Below are positions 1-12,924 of a DNA stretch of 64,000 nt, piece after piece. The notes beneath the pieces were generated by a model that ran no database searches, was not told the DNA's origin, and saw only the letters and a program-made list of their open reading frames with translations. This stretch comes from Magallana gigas. Lineage: Eukaryota. Within the stretch, counting starts at the first letter, position 1. Each line of letters starts with the position of its first letter. The DNA lies in assembly GCF_963853765.1 (NCBI RefSeq), contig NC_088857.1:56730001-56794000 (forward strand). Direction: 5' to 3'. Both the position numbers and the translations under genes were made by a program.

Positions 1-323
1 CTATAAATATAGGACCATGCAATTAAATAGTTCTTTTGTTTTAAAATACTAGTATCATTACCAAAATCTTGTCATAACTTACCCACAATTTATAAAACAT
101 CAAAACAAACAACTGAACAAAAAAGGTAACCGTAATGGAGTATGTTGCATGAAGAGATGGCTCCATTTTAACATCTTTACTCTGGTCCATGTTTGCGTCC
201 TATAGATCACAGTTAGCTCCCCTGAACACACCCTCCTGGAATGTCATGGCTTCCCTACTCTACAGACTCTGGAGTAAATGTCATTGACTAGTAAATTAAG
301 TAGTCCCTACACGGCCCGCGTTC

Positions 324-3300
324 CTACGCCGCAGTCTGTACCAGGCCAGGGTTGTCCTTGGGTTGGTCCGACTGTAACTGTCTCCCGAGGTATTCCCTGG
401 AAATCAACCAAGTCACACTCAGTAAAGATAGCTTCACTGATCAGATATATAAAACAGATAAGTAATCAGTCTCCTTGTAAAAATGCCATGCCAACAATTC
501 AACTTCCACCACACATGTATAATGCAGGTGGGAGTTACGGGCCTTTACTCACCAGTTGTGAACCATCAGTTTTTGGACAGCTATGAGGGCCTCGAATCGG
601 ACATTGGGGTCCTCATGGGACAGGTATTGCATCACCATCTGTTTCCCTCCCAGCTGTTCTATCACACTGAATAAAAAAATGGAATAAATCTGGGATTCAT
701 GAATCAAAACTGAGCTGTGAATGTTGGGTAAGAAAGATACATGTTTTACTTTGTTTTTAGCACTACATTCAGCTATAAGAACAAAGTAAAAAACTCGATG
801 CAGTTTACAGTCCCATTCCAGAAACTGATATAAAATACTTGGTTTCACTGAATTGTTATACTTATTGCATGTGCTTTTTGTTTCTAAGCCTTGAATTTAA
901 ATATCTGCTGGTAAATCACTACCGGTGTGGGCAATGATTAAATGTTTCAAATGGCTACCTACATGCTGCATACTGTCAAATAACCAGGCCCAAACATTTT
1001 GTTAACAAAGCTAGAATTCACATAATTATTGAACTCACACTTTTCCACGGGGATAATGGCGAACATATTCTCCAAGGTCATGGGCTGCCACTGATAGAAT
1101 CAAGGGGTCTTTGCTACTCTCTAGAAGTCGAACCAACATCCTACAGAGAAGCCGAAAAAGTTACACTTAACAGAGGATTTCAAACTGCTATGTTTATAAA
1201 TTTGAGACTTTACCTCATTTCATAGATCATGGTATATCATATATCATACAGTTCCTTACTTTAGAAGAGAATAATTATTTTCATTGAGCCTGATTGCGTT
1301 TTCCCTCCAGAATTTCTCATTCTTATGAACGGGACTCCACTCGAGCCGACCTGATTTCACCTCAGAAGTGTACTCATCAAACGAACTATCAAAATTGAAT
1401 AAGATACATGTATATACTAATACTGCAGGATCATTAAAATTAATAGTGACTCAGTTCTTGATTTTCTGGGTCCATCTAATCCCAAAAATTACATCTTCAA
1501 CAATAGTGTACATGTACCACAGTATTCATTAATTATTCATGCAAATATGAAATTTGACAAAAAATTGTCACCATAAATGATCCCACAGTATTCAGTAATA
1601 AATAATAGTAAATGGTATATATCACTGGTAAACAGTGACTGGTAATCAGTTGCAATTATGATAACTGACACTGGCTATTAGTAAAGAATAAAAAAAAATG
1701 ATGATAATGCACCATTAGAATATTAATGATGCCACTGAACTGATCAATTAAATACAGTTGTTCACTTCTTTATTGCTTACGCCCCCACCTGAGATCTTGG
1801 ACAGACTCCTGGAGTTTCTCATTGAGGAATTCAAGGTCGTCCACAATGTCAGGGTCGTCAAACTTCCTGGCCTCCAGGAGCTCGAGCTGTTTGAGCACCT
1901 TACACTGCACCATGGCAACCGCGTGCTCGTGGATCAAATCTCTCTCCTCCGGCTTCTCCAAAATATTCTACAAAAATAGCAAAGGTCACAAATTCTATTC
2001 AAACAGAAGAGGTTATATAACAAATGCAACATAAACAGAAATTCAGGTTAACTAACAATAATTTTGGTCGGGGCGTGATCAAATCCAATAAAGCCCGAAG
2101 GGCTTTATGATAGATTTGATCATAGCCCCGACCAAAATTGTTATCTCATGATATTCAAAAAATGAATCCTTATTACTTATTTTTCAGCAGAAGTACAATT
2201 ATTCAAACTAGAATATTAAGTATGCAAACCCTGCTTACGCCCCAACAATACTTCATTTGAATTTATTAGTATATATATAATAGTACAAAATCAATTCGTT
2301 GTGTTATCACAGACAAAGACACTGAAATATGTAGATATTAGGTAAAAATAAGAATAATCTTTGTCGGTACAAACCCTGAAGGTGGCCAGAATAATGCGGG
2401 ACACTTTCTCCTTCACACATTCACTCAGGATGTCAGACAGCACTGGGATGATCTTATCTCTGGATAAAAACAATGCATAGATGACGGCCTACATACACGT
2501 ACATGAAAAATATAGATAACATTCTCCACTTATAGGAATGAATATAAATAACATTCTCCACTTAAAGGAATGAATATAGATAACTTTCTCTATTTAAAGG
2601 AATGGATATACCGGTAATTAACATTCTTCAATTTTTCCTTACCACATAAGGGCTATATTCAATACTGGTAATATGTTATATTTGAATATCAATTAATACA
2701 ATGTACCTTTCAATACTAAAAAAATGTATCTGTATATAAAAAGACAATTTATTGATTCTAGCATTAAATAAATAAAATAAGCTGTGGAGTTATAATTGTG
2801 ATGAGAGATGTGACTCTCACTTGCTCATTCTCTCCGCGATGTGGGTACTGAAGCTGAGGCACCACAGACAGAAGATCAGCTGGTACTGGATCTGGAAGCC
2901 GACCTTACTCCCCAACAGAACCGAGACAATCCTACAACAACGGTAACAAAACATAAAAGGTAATAACCACAGACGACCTTACTCCCCAACAGAACCGAGA
3001 CAATCCTACAACAACGGTAACAAAACATAATAGGTAATAACCACAGACGACCTTACTCCCCAACAGAACCGAGACAATCCTACAACAACGGTAACAAAAC
3101 ATAATAGGTAAAAAACACAGACGACCTTACTCCCCAACAGAACCGAGACAATCCTACAACAACGGTAACAAAACATAAAAGGTAAAAACCACAGAAATCA
3201 CACTTCTCTATTGGCACAGTCCAAATCTATAACAAAACTAAATTTATTTAAGGTCCAAAAAATTACAATATTAGCTAGATAAACAGCATTGAAATTTATT

Positions 3301-5716
3301 AAATCTATAATGGAGGAAATTTAACAAAGAAAAAATGTTAGACTCCTGAGACCAGCATGTTTATGACTTCATCTAAACCAATACATTACATGATTTTAAT
3401 AAAATCTTGTTCTCAGAATTCCCAATATGTTACACAAGTAACTCACGTTGCTATTCCATCAACATCTACAAATACTTGGCGATATTTTTCAATTCGAAGC
3501 ATCATTTGGAGGCACCGGGCTGCTGTCTGTATGTATTCATTGCCCTATAGAATGTGATAATTTCATTGAATTATTCATTGTGACAGTAGGCCCATCATAC
3601 ATGTCTTAAAAGATAACATTACCATCATAGTATAATATATAAGAAGAATAAATACAAGTTGTAACTTCAATACTCTATTAGTTTCCTTACAGGGAGTCTG
3701 AGCTGGTTCTTTAACCAGTCCATGTAGAACCGGAGATCGTCTAATCCCATCAACTCTTTACTCCAGCAGGCAATCTTTGCAATGATTCTACTTGTCTGCC
3801 AAAAGTGAGAGACCAACAAAATATTAGGTATCTTTGTTAACTAGTGATTATACTGTACAGTATTTCAGCTTAGATAGAAAGGTTTAAAGAATAAATATGA
3901 ATGCATCATGAGAACTTGTGCTTGTAATTAGATGTAAAACAATATATATCTTGCCCATGATTTCAAAAGCAGTAATAAAATAAAGCAGCAACTTTTAGTA
4001 AATAACCCAATTTAATGTTGTGTTGTTGTTCTACCTTTTGGATGAATGTTACCCAATTGGTCTTGTTGAGGAGATGTATCAATGTGTATCTGACTATGAA
4101 CTTATTGTTCTGGTTTGGGAGATAAATGTGAACCTGATTGACTATGAACCAATTTTTCCCGTTGAGATGTGTGTGTACCTGATTGACTATGAACCTATCG
4201 TTCCGGTTGAGGAGATGTATGAATGGTGTCCACACTGACTCCTTCATCTGTTTCGCATACTCTTTTAGGATCTCTACCCGTGACTTGTCCTCCTAAAAAT
4301 AAATGCCCCAACTCATTCCTTTATTTGTAACAATGTAGACCATCTAACAAGATTAAAAATCATTAAAGTTTGTTTTTGGCTGTCCAAAGTTAATTTTTGT
4401 TTAACATTACCCATGCATATAAGTTAAGAAGAAATCGTCGTTTTAAAATATCAAACAAGCCATATTTTCAATTTTGTCTCTCTACTTTGATTTTTAAGTT
4501 TTTGAATCATAATAACTGCATTCTGTAGAAACATAAAATGTTTACGACCTATTAAGGACTACTGTAGAAGCAGAAATATTCATTGAGGATTTACCGTAAT
4601 TTCGTTATTTTTCGTTGGGAGTATAAATCAACGAAATTAAATCCATGACGAATTTTTATTCCAGGACTGAGGTATCAATGATAACAAAGAGATTACGATA
4701 TGACGAAATTAAATGACAATGAAATTTTAATTGGTTTGAAAACAACGAAATTTTGACCCAACGAAAAAATATGTGTTTCTACAGTATATATTGGGTACTT
4801 TTTATTGCCCTCCTTCTTAGGTTGGTATTTCAAAGGGAATATTACACATAGAATTAGGCAATTAGCTTGGTGCAGCCTTACCTGTAGAACATCATCCAAC
4901 ATGGTCAGGATATACTGCAAGGTCTGGTCCTTGGCAATTTGACTCATCAGATTGAAGAAAGTCCGGGCAAACTAAAACCAGAGAACCCAGACTACAGGCA
5001 TGACATAAAATACTGGTAATATGACTTTTACTTGGCCAAGACTGACTGTGTTGATTTCCTTGCATTATTAATTAAATGATAATAAAGCAAAAATTTCATT
5101 TCAATGCTAAATTGTTTATGCTCATTCAATATTCAATTATGAATATTAAAGTAAAGTTTTTAGTAACAAAGAATAAAGCACAAAAGAGTTATTTTTAGTT
5201 GAGGCAAGTGTTTATAGTCAAGAATTGAAACACAAGAATTGAAACACAAGATTTAAGGGGAATATCTCCTCAGTTACCTGTGGTCCAGCCTCCTTCAACA
5301 TGGCCGACTTTGTCTCACTGTTAGCATTATCAAATTGATAAATAAAATTGTAGTCCTCCTGAGAAATCATCTGCCCCCTGAAAACAACAAAGCAAGAGTT
5401 TTTTTTTATTACATCTTCATTATCAGCTGCAGCCAAAGATAAAGGGACAAGTTTATGATATTAATATTGGTAATTAATTTTGATTAACACAGAAAGTTAT
5501 TTATACACAAACCTTTTTTATGTTTAAATAAATTTTTTAGCCATTCCAATCAAGTTGCAAGTTAGGAAAAAATTAACAATACACTGACATGATGTGGTCT
5601 TCGAAGAATACTGGCTAATAAATAGGTCACTTACTGTACATAGCTTTGCCAGTTGACACGATTAGCTCGAACATCATTGGCTCTCTGCTGAAGTAAACTT
5701 GTGGCCACCTGAGCCC
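324..5716 (-). CDS. ATP6V1H: V-type proton ATPase subunit H (13 coding exons; first coding exon lies further upstream)
   Basis: Exons in transcription order: 5635-5716, 5278-5377, 4882-4971, 4179-4292, 3691-3795, 3447-3544, 2821-2931, 2375-2459, 1789-1967, 1260-1385, 1039-1140, 553-666, 324-396. All are GT-AG with compatible phases. The spliced translation has recognisable subunit-H motifs: [122 protein letters not shown]. Stop TAG at 324-326. Confidence 0.96.
1421..1590. mobile_element. MITE-like element, TACTGT-type termini
   Basis: TIRs tactgcaggatcatt / aatgatcccacagta (13 of 15 match). Confidence 0.55.
2058..2141. mobile_element. Foldback / palindromic non-autonomous element
   Basis: Arms ataattttggtcggggc..gatcaaatc..ataaagccc-gaa-gggctttat..gatttgatc..gccccgaccaaaattgt. 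Confidence 0.6.
2512..2610. repeat. 32-bp minisatellite, about 3 copies
   Basis: ataacattctccacttataggaatgaatat at 2516, 2548, 2580. Confidence 0.8.
2901..3194. repeat. 74-bp tandem repeat x4 containing the ATP6V1H splice acceptor and 31 nt of exon
   Basis: Units start at 2901, 2975, 3049, 3123. Confidence 0.95.
4560..4786. mobile_element. MITE-like element, TACTGT-type termini
   Basis: tactgtagaa...aaatatt / aatatgtg.ttctacagta termini; internal aacgaaatt motifs. Confidence 0.6.
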
Positions 5717-6412
5717 CTGTAAAGTTACAAGATGACATCAGATACAGCTAATAATAAGAGATTCTGTAAAATAAACTTTTGCTTGAGTACCTTTGGGTTC
5801 TACATAACTACGGTTCATTGTTACTGAATCGTCCTTACATCTGTTTCAGTCAATGTAATACACCACTGTCTTACAATGTTCACCTGTTACACACACAGTA
5901 TCCGTGGGCTCTCAGTCCGCATCATTTTACAGGTTCTCCACATAATCAATACACACAATCATACTAAACTGTCTGACAGACTGTGTCATTTAAATACATG
6001 CTCTCCTTAGAGGAATTAATTACTACAATAGCCTGTTGTCTGGTAACATTGCAATTGAAAGCAACTGCTCTCCAGGCTTCAAAAGCTGTTATTTCAAACC
6101 AATACTTAGTACCTTTTACAGGCAAATCTAATATACCAATTAATTACCTTCACTTTAATCATCCTATTAGTAAACCAATCAAGTTAACTCTTGTGTTTGT
6201 AATTAGTGCAACAACTTCCTCTAACACAAAAGTAGATAGTGAGATCAAAATAGGAGGCAAACTGAAGCATCTGACTGCATGTCAATTCTTTAGAGTAAAT
6301 GTTGAATAAAAGAACCATAGCTTTGAATACATCTTAGCATTAAAAAAGGGTTTAACATCAGATGTATGAGCATGTGTACTACTGTACAGCACAGACTATA
6401 CAGCTAAGCAGG

Positions 6413-7515
6413 CAGTAACTATACTGTAGTACTTTATACAATCATGTTCAGGTAGGAGATTACATTAGACTACTGTGACCTCAGTAACTATACTGTAGTA
6501 CTTTATACAATCATGTTCAGGTAGGAGATTACATTAGACTACTGTGACTTCAGTAACTATACTGTCGTACTTTATACAATCATGTTCAGGTAGGAGATTA
6601 CATTAGACTACTGTGACCTCAGTAACTTTACTGTAGTACTTTATACAATCATGTTCAGGTAGGAGATTACATTAGACTACTGTGATCTCAGTAACTATAC
6701 TGTAGTACTTTATACAATCATGTTCAGGTAGGAGATTACATTAGACTACTGTGACCTCAGTAACTTTACTGTAGTACTTTATACAATCATGTTCAGGTAG
6801 GAGATTACATTAGACTACTGTGACCTCAGTAACTATACTGTAGTACTTTATACAATCATGTTCAGGTAGGAGATTACATTAGACTACTGTGACCTCAGTA
6901 ACTCTACTGTCGTACTTTATACAATCATGTTCAGGTAGGAGATTACATTAGACTACTGTGATCTCAGTAACTATACTGTAGTACTTTATACAATCATGTT
7001 CAGGTAGGAGATTACATTAGACTACTGTGACCTCAGTAACTCTACTGTCGTACTTTATACAATCATGTTCAGGTAGGAGATTACATTAGACTACTCTGAC
7101 CTCAGTAACTATACTGTAGTACTTTATACAATCATGTTCAGGTAGGAGATTACATTAGACTACTGTGACCTCAGTAACTATACTGTAGTACTTTATACAA
7201 TCATGTTAAGGTAGGAGATTACATTAGACTACTATGACCTCAGTAACTCTACTGTCGTACTTTATACAATCATGTTCAGGTAGGAGATTACATTAGACTA
7301 CTGTGACCTCAGTAACTATACTGTAGTACTTTATACAATCATGTTAAGGTAGGAGATTACATTAGACTACTATGACCTCAGTAACTCTACTGTCGTACTT
7401 TATACAATCATGTTCAGGTAGGAGATTACATTAGACTACTGTGACCTCAGTAACTATACTGTAGTACTTTATACAATCATGTTCAGGTAGGAGATTACAT
7501 TAGACTACTACGACC
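6413..7515. repeat. 69-bp minisatellite, about 16 copies
   Basis: Unit cagtaactatactgtagtactttatacaatcatgttcaggtaggagattacattagactactgtgacct at 6413, 6482, 6551 and onward. Confidence 0.97.
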
Positions 7516-7522
7516 TCTGTAC

Positions 7523-7895
7523 CACCTTCTTTCTGTAGCATCTGCTTGTTGAGCATTGTTTGATCCACCTGGCTCTGAGACCGACGGAAGAGCTGTCCGG
7601 TCGACATCACCACCTTCCCGGGCTCCGAGAATCGACGCGAAAACAGGGCTGTCTTTTTGGTGTTTCCTTTGTCTTGGCGAGCACTTTTCTGTGAAGAAAA
7701 ATCAGTCACCATCTCAGCCGCAGTGTCATCTCTCTCATGTTCTTCTATTGCCTCTTGATCTCTCGAGTGATCCGAGCTTTGTTTTCCTGAGACACGTAAC
7801 CGTCTATATCTCTTCAGGGTTGAGTCAGAAGGTATCTCACTATTCTCTGAATCATTCTTCGAGTCAGCCACAGAGTAAGAGCTTGCTCGCCTCAT
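7523..7895 (-). CDS. Candidate alternative ATP6V1H start exon encoding a 124-aa Ser/Arg/Lys/Glu-rich N-terminal extension
   Basis: GC-richer open frame MRRASSYSVADSKNDSENSE...QMLQKEG in AT-rich surroundings. Two phase-1 donors (G|gtggta after 7526, G|gtacag after 7523) both join in frame to exon 5635-5716. A possible acceptor ctttag lies at 7942-7943. Confidence 0.5.
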
Positions 7896-8236
7896 AACAA
7901 ATCAACAGTTCTTCGATTTCAGGCTCAATAGCAATAACTGACTAAAGTGGGATTGCAGACTTCCAACTTTTGTGTAACTAAGAGTCAGCATATAATTGTC
8001 TAAAAATTCCTGATTTCACAGAAGTATATAAAAGCCACAGTCAGAGATAAGCAAAGAAAAAGCTGATAAATGACAGGTAAATAGGCTCTCTTGGTCAGGT
8101 TGTCAATGGGATTGAAACCAAAGGTGGATAGGTAACAAATGTTTTGGCCACGGGAATTCCTTGTCACATTAACTCTGGCCCAGCTGTTTCCCTCTGATTG
8201 CTGAAACCTTCCTGGTGAAAACAACCTCTCTCTCAC

Positions 8237-8243
8237 CTGTCAT
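8237..8243 (-). CDS. ATP6V1H: Candidate short first coding exon of ATP6V1H (ATG ACA G|gtgaga)
   Basis: The phase-1 donor matches the phase-1 start of exon 5635-5716, giving [15 protein letters not shown] and about 461 aa, close to the usual subunit-H size. The signal is tiny and could occur by chance. Confidence 0.4.
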
Positions 8244-8957
8244 TACACTTATAAGAACAGGTAAAACTACCTTCGGCTGAGACTCCTCTCACCTGACTGA
8301 CATAACATCATACTTACATCAACATAGTGTACACAGACCTGAAGGAGACTACAGGGGAAGACTGTATAAACTCTGTAGCCACAGGCCATGGCAAGGTACA
8401 TAACTATTTACATGTATAGTAATGTTACATCTTATATGATAATATATTGATAATTTTATGTGTATTTTTGGAATACTATCATAGGAGAAACAAACCAATG
8501 CTTTTTATTTTCAAGGAAATGAAATGGTCAACACTAGGTTTGTAGATATTTTAATACAGAATTTCATTTGTGTCAAAATCTATAGAGTCACTCTATAAAT
8601 ATGTCTAAATTCAATTTCTGTTGTAAGTTTCTATTAGCTGACTTGATTAAAAATTTAAATTTGACAAAATGTATACTAATAACTGTCACTACCATCATAA
8701 AAATCAAAACTGGTGTTTGTTTTGAGATGTATAATATGTGTGGTATTTTGAAAGAAAAAAAATTGCAGTTCACACTTCAACAATTAGCTTTTCTTTCATA
8801 ATCGACTATAGAACAACTACCAGTCAATTCCTATAGCAGGGATGAATGAAGAATTCAAAGTCTATTGGCTTGGTTTTATTTGAGTCGGACAAGTCTGTTG
8901 AATATTCAGTTGTCACAAAGCATACAGCTCACATCAAAAGAACATTGGCATGAAAGG

Positions 8958-8961
<4 letters not shown>

Positions 8962-8999
<38 letters not shown>
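8962..8999. repeat. (TC)n microsatellite
   Basis: About 19 uninterrupted TC units. Confidence 0.97.
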
Positions 9000-9001
<2 letters not shown>

Positions 9002-10144
9002 TACTGTAAGTCTGGATGAGAAACAAAACATGAGAATAAACAAACATATGTAGACAGCTACATGTGTAACAAGTAACAAAATGGTCAACAAGAAACCAAG
9101 ATCATTAAAGTTCTGTGAAATTTATCTACTAGTAGCCTGTTATATTTAGACTTATTACAAGAAAACACTTTAAGAAAATTAGAATGTGCATGTGGAAAAA
9201 CTGCATTCTTATCATTGTCTAAGTTGTCTTTTTTATAATAATGTGAGTGTACAATAAACATTATAGATGCCTGCAGTTTTGCTTTCAATAGTTACACATG
9301 TATCTGGTTGTCATGCACTTTGATTGAGAGGAAAACATGCTAAAATGAGAAACGCTTAAAGAGCGAGCAGGATAGAACCGCACCAACAAAATGATAGACT
9401 TGAGTTCTTTAAACTGAACATGATGCTCTGTAATGCATGCAATATCAAACTGCAACAGAAGTTAATGCTTTATCTTAACATACCAATTGGCAAACTCAGG
9501 TCTGAAATACAAGACAATTCAGTACATGAATAATGAAATGGTTTTAATTGTGCGAAAAGTCATCTTGGTGTTGGCATGTTCATTTTGCACACAAAAACTT
9601 CTAAGACAACTGAAACAAATGTACATATATAATCATGTATCCATAAATAGATAACACATAGTATACAAAAGGTAAGTATGGTACACATTAATCATATTCA
9701 TTGTTGTTTACTTGTGCTTATTAGGTTTGTTATATTCAAGGAATAAATTTCATTTCAATTAAAAATCAAACTCACAATTTTGATCACATGCTGCTTTTGA
9801 CTTAAGGTAAATAAGAACTAGCCAAAGGAATTTACAGGAAATGCTAATGTCACATTAGATGAGAGGTCAGCTTTGACATTTAACACGAATTCGCATGAAT
9901 TGTCTACATGTATCAAACATTTCTCTGAAACTTAATTTTATAGTACTGTTGTGCAAACATTTTTTTTTTCAATCACAGATCAAAATCACTCAGGGGTGGC
10001 AGTAAAAGGAAACTCTTTTTGCAATAGGTGTGATAAACAAAGGGTATTGAAATACATGTAATATTGAGCACAGCTAGAGGCAGGCAAAGCCCGCCTTGCA
10101 AAGCAATGCTTAATGGTAACACTTACAGTATATTTAATTAAGAA

Positions 10145-10708
10145 AGGACTATGTGCGGTATGGTTAAATATCTGCCCCCAATTTTAACCAATTTTCAAAT
10201 AGTATCATATAAAAACCAAATCTTCATAAATCGACGCCTATCACTTTAATCTTGATTTTAGTCACCATTGCTCTATTGCTGTTTATCTATGACGTCACCT
10301 AAATGACCTAATTCCTGCAACTTTGCAAAAAAATGAAAATATTGTCATTTTTGCTTTATATTTTGCATTCGGAAGTATAGAGCGCAGGTCTGCTCAAGTA
10401 CGATTTTAACATATGTTTTTCTTCAGATAATTATACACATTATATTAAAAAATTGTACTTGAGCAAGCCTGCGCTTGATGTTTCCCAGTTGAAAAACGAT
10501 CAGAAAACACCCATATTTTGCTACAAAACATCAATTTATCAAAATAAGCCAATCTTTATGACGTCATTTCTACATTATGACGTCACTGTGGTGTTAACCT
10601 TGTACACCCTTATTTTCAAGATGATTTTAACTATCTTCCACCTTATTTTTAAAGCTCTTTATAAAACTTTAATTTTGGGGGCAAATAATGCATAAAACCC
10701 GAAGTCCT
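10145..10708. mobile_element. Non-autonomous DNA transposon, Kolobok-like termini
   Basis: AGGACT...tgcccccaa / ttggggca...AGTCCT degenerate TIRs, with TTAG on the right flank and AGAA on the left (decayed TTAA-type context). Internal inverted repeat at 10381-10401 / 10455-10475. Confidence 0.5.
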
Positions 10709-11420
10709 TTAGGTAAAATGTAAGTTGAAGCTGGGATACTAACAGCTAAAACAACTTCTTAGCTACTGAGCACCACCATATTAACAGCTCTTTTGTTTTG
10801 TTAACACTATCATTAAATGAGTGGCGCTTGTCATTGTATATTGCCCCTAAACTCTTAAAAACTTTCCAAGGTTTTTAAGCTCATGTGATTTGAATGAATA
10901 TAACTGACTTTGAAAGCCAAATATGTTACAACAGTGTTACAATCAGGATTCACTTATGTATTGACAAATCATTAAATGGGTAAAAAACTTAACATCAAGG
11001 ATCCAAATCTTAGATATTGAATAAAATAACAAATTTCAATTTATGAACAGATGAAATCTAAAGAAAAGGAACTTTTCTTTGCCGGTTTTACTTTGATTAT
11101 CATTCACATGTATGATTAAGCAGGTGGAACCAATTGTGTATATGTTTCAAATTAATTTTGTTCTCTCGTTTACAAAAATCAAACTAAATATGCACTAAAT
11201 ATTAGAATGGACTTCAAGACATTTGATGATCCATTTTGTTTGCATAAAATTTCAGTTGTTCTAGTTTTGTGAATCGTACCTGTGCTTATTTAAGTGATAC
11301 CACCATCGATTAATTTCACTCGGCTTTTTGTTTTGATATAGATGTAAGTGTTGTCAAACACAGCTTAAATAAAATGATGTCAAATTCTGACCACAGGTCT
11401 CTGAATTTCTATCAACAATT

Positions 11421-11520
11421 CGTTAAATGTTTGGGAACAAAGAGCGATATGTACCATAGCCATGTATTTATATATAGATAGGGTACATGTATATATCTCT
11501 CGGTTCCCAAACATTTAACG
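11421..11520. mobile_element. 100-bp foldback element
   Basis: Perfect 18-bp inverted termini cgttaaatgtttgggaac / gttcccaaacatttaacg, with further imperfect pairing inward. Confidence 0.6.
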
Positions 11521-12819
11521 GCTTAATGATATAATTCAGAGGCCTGTGGTCTGACGACAAATTGATTTCTGACATTCCCTACGATTAGTTATTTGTGTTG
11601 CAATTTTTTGACTATTACCTTTTTCAATGTCATCGATATTACTGATGACACTTCCTAGATTTGAGATGTTAGCCATCTTTACTCGGCAGTAATCAAATTT
11701 TATCCACAAATTCTTCTGTCTCTCGGATAATTTATCATATGACTTGACTCTGAAATGATCTTTATCTTGTTGTTTGTGATTACGCTTTGATAAACGTTTT
11801 CCTGATTGCGTACTTTCAGTGAACATCGATCCCGACCATAATAAATATGCCCTCTCCTCCAACTAGGTCGCTATAGTTGGAGCGGATCAAAGATTTAATT
11901 ATTATTGGTCCCATATGATCGGCATTTGTCTCAGGGAGAATGTTTCAAACATATGATTGCCTTTAAAAATTTTTACAGTGAAATGTAAACTTGTGAGTAA
12001 ATTATGTCAAAAATATAAAGTATAGTTTATTTCAGTGTTTAACGCGTTCAAATTTTGTCCGATCGAATCATCCCCGACATTTTAAGTAGAATTATATGTA
12101 TAGGAAAAAGTTTTTTTCCCCATTTCATTTGTAAAAAATTACAAACATACGATTTTCTTTTCATTTTCAACGATGGAAAGTTAGCGTATACGTAAACTTT
12201 TTGCCCCATTAAAAGCAAAAACGAAGCTGCACATGACTGGGTAGTTTTAATACTACATGTATTAGCCCTCGTAGTTTAGTCCTATTAACGTGTCGTACCA
12301 ACATACAGAAGTGTATAGAATAAAAGGACGTTTACGAATCAAATTTAATTTTATTTGTAATAAAAAAAATATATAATATCTTTCCACTCAGAACAACGTT
12401 TATTCAATTGTTGCGTTAAAGTCTCTCAAGTCAATGTAAGACGTTGGCTCCGACGTGGATAACGTCGATTTTGAAGAAGCAGCGAATTGAATAAAATATT
12501 TACCTCTGGACATTATCTAACAATTCATTTCACTAAAAATTTTTTTTTAATGATAAATGTTTTTAAAATAAAACGTTACACGATAATATGTACATTTTAC
12601 TTTGCATTTGCGGTTTACTACAGTAATGCACAATACCTATTTTCTTTTGAGAAGTGGACATGCAATACCACATAACCTAGCTATGTATGGATGTAGGCTA
12701 TGCCTATCCACTTCTTAAAAGAGAATATCATTATACCCTGAGCAGAAAGAGCACAAATTTAAACCCGCGACCGACCTTAGAAGGAAATCACAATTTTGCC
12801 AACATCGCTTCAAGCATAC

Positions 12820-12924
12820 CACAGGGACCAAGCCCGTTCTAACATTAATTTCAATGTAACCATAAATAAAGTCTTTATTTATGGTTACATTGAAATTAAT
12901 GTTAAAACGGGCTTGGCCCCTGTG
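12820..12924. mobile_element. 105-bp near-perfect palindromic MITE with 8-bp target-site duplication
   Basis: 52-bp arms with 2 mismatches and a 1-nt loop; AAGCATAC directly repeated at 12812-12819 and 12925-12932. Confidence 0.85.

Noticed and set aside
5378-5436. [12 protein letters not shown]... as the ATP6V1H N-terminus
   Set aside because: Non-ATG start inside an intron. The conserved [11 protein letters not shown] exon lies upstream at 5635-5716, and a good acceptor sits at 5378.
11536-11862. 108-aa minus-strand ORF as a gene or transposase fragment
   Set aside because: Non-ATG start, no recognisable motif, no convincing splice context.
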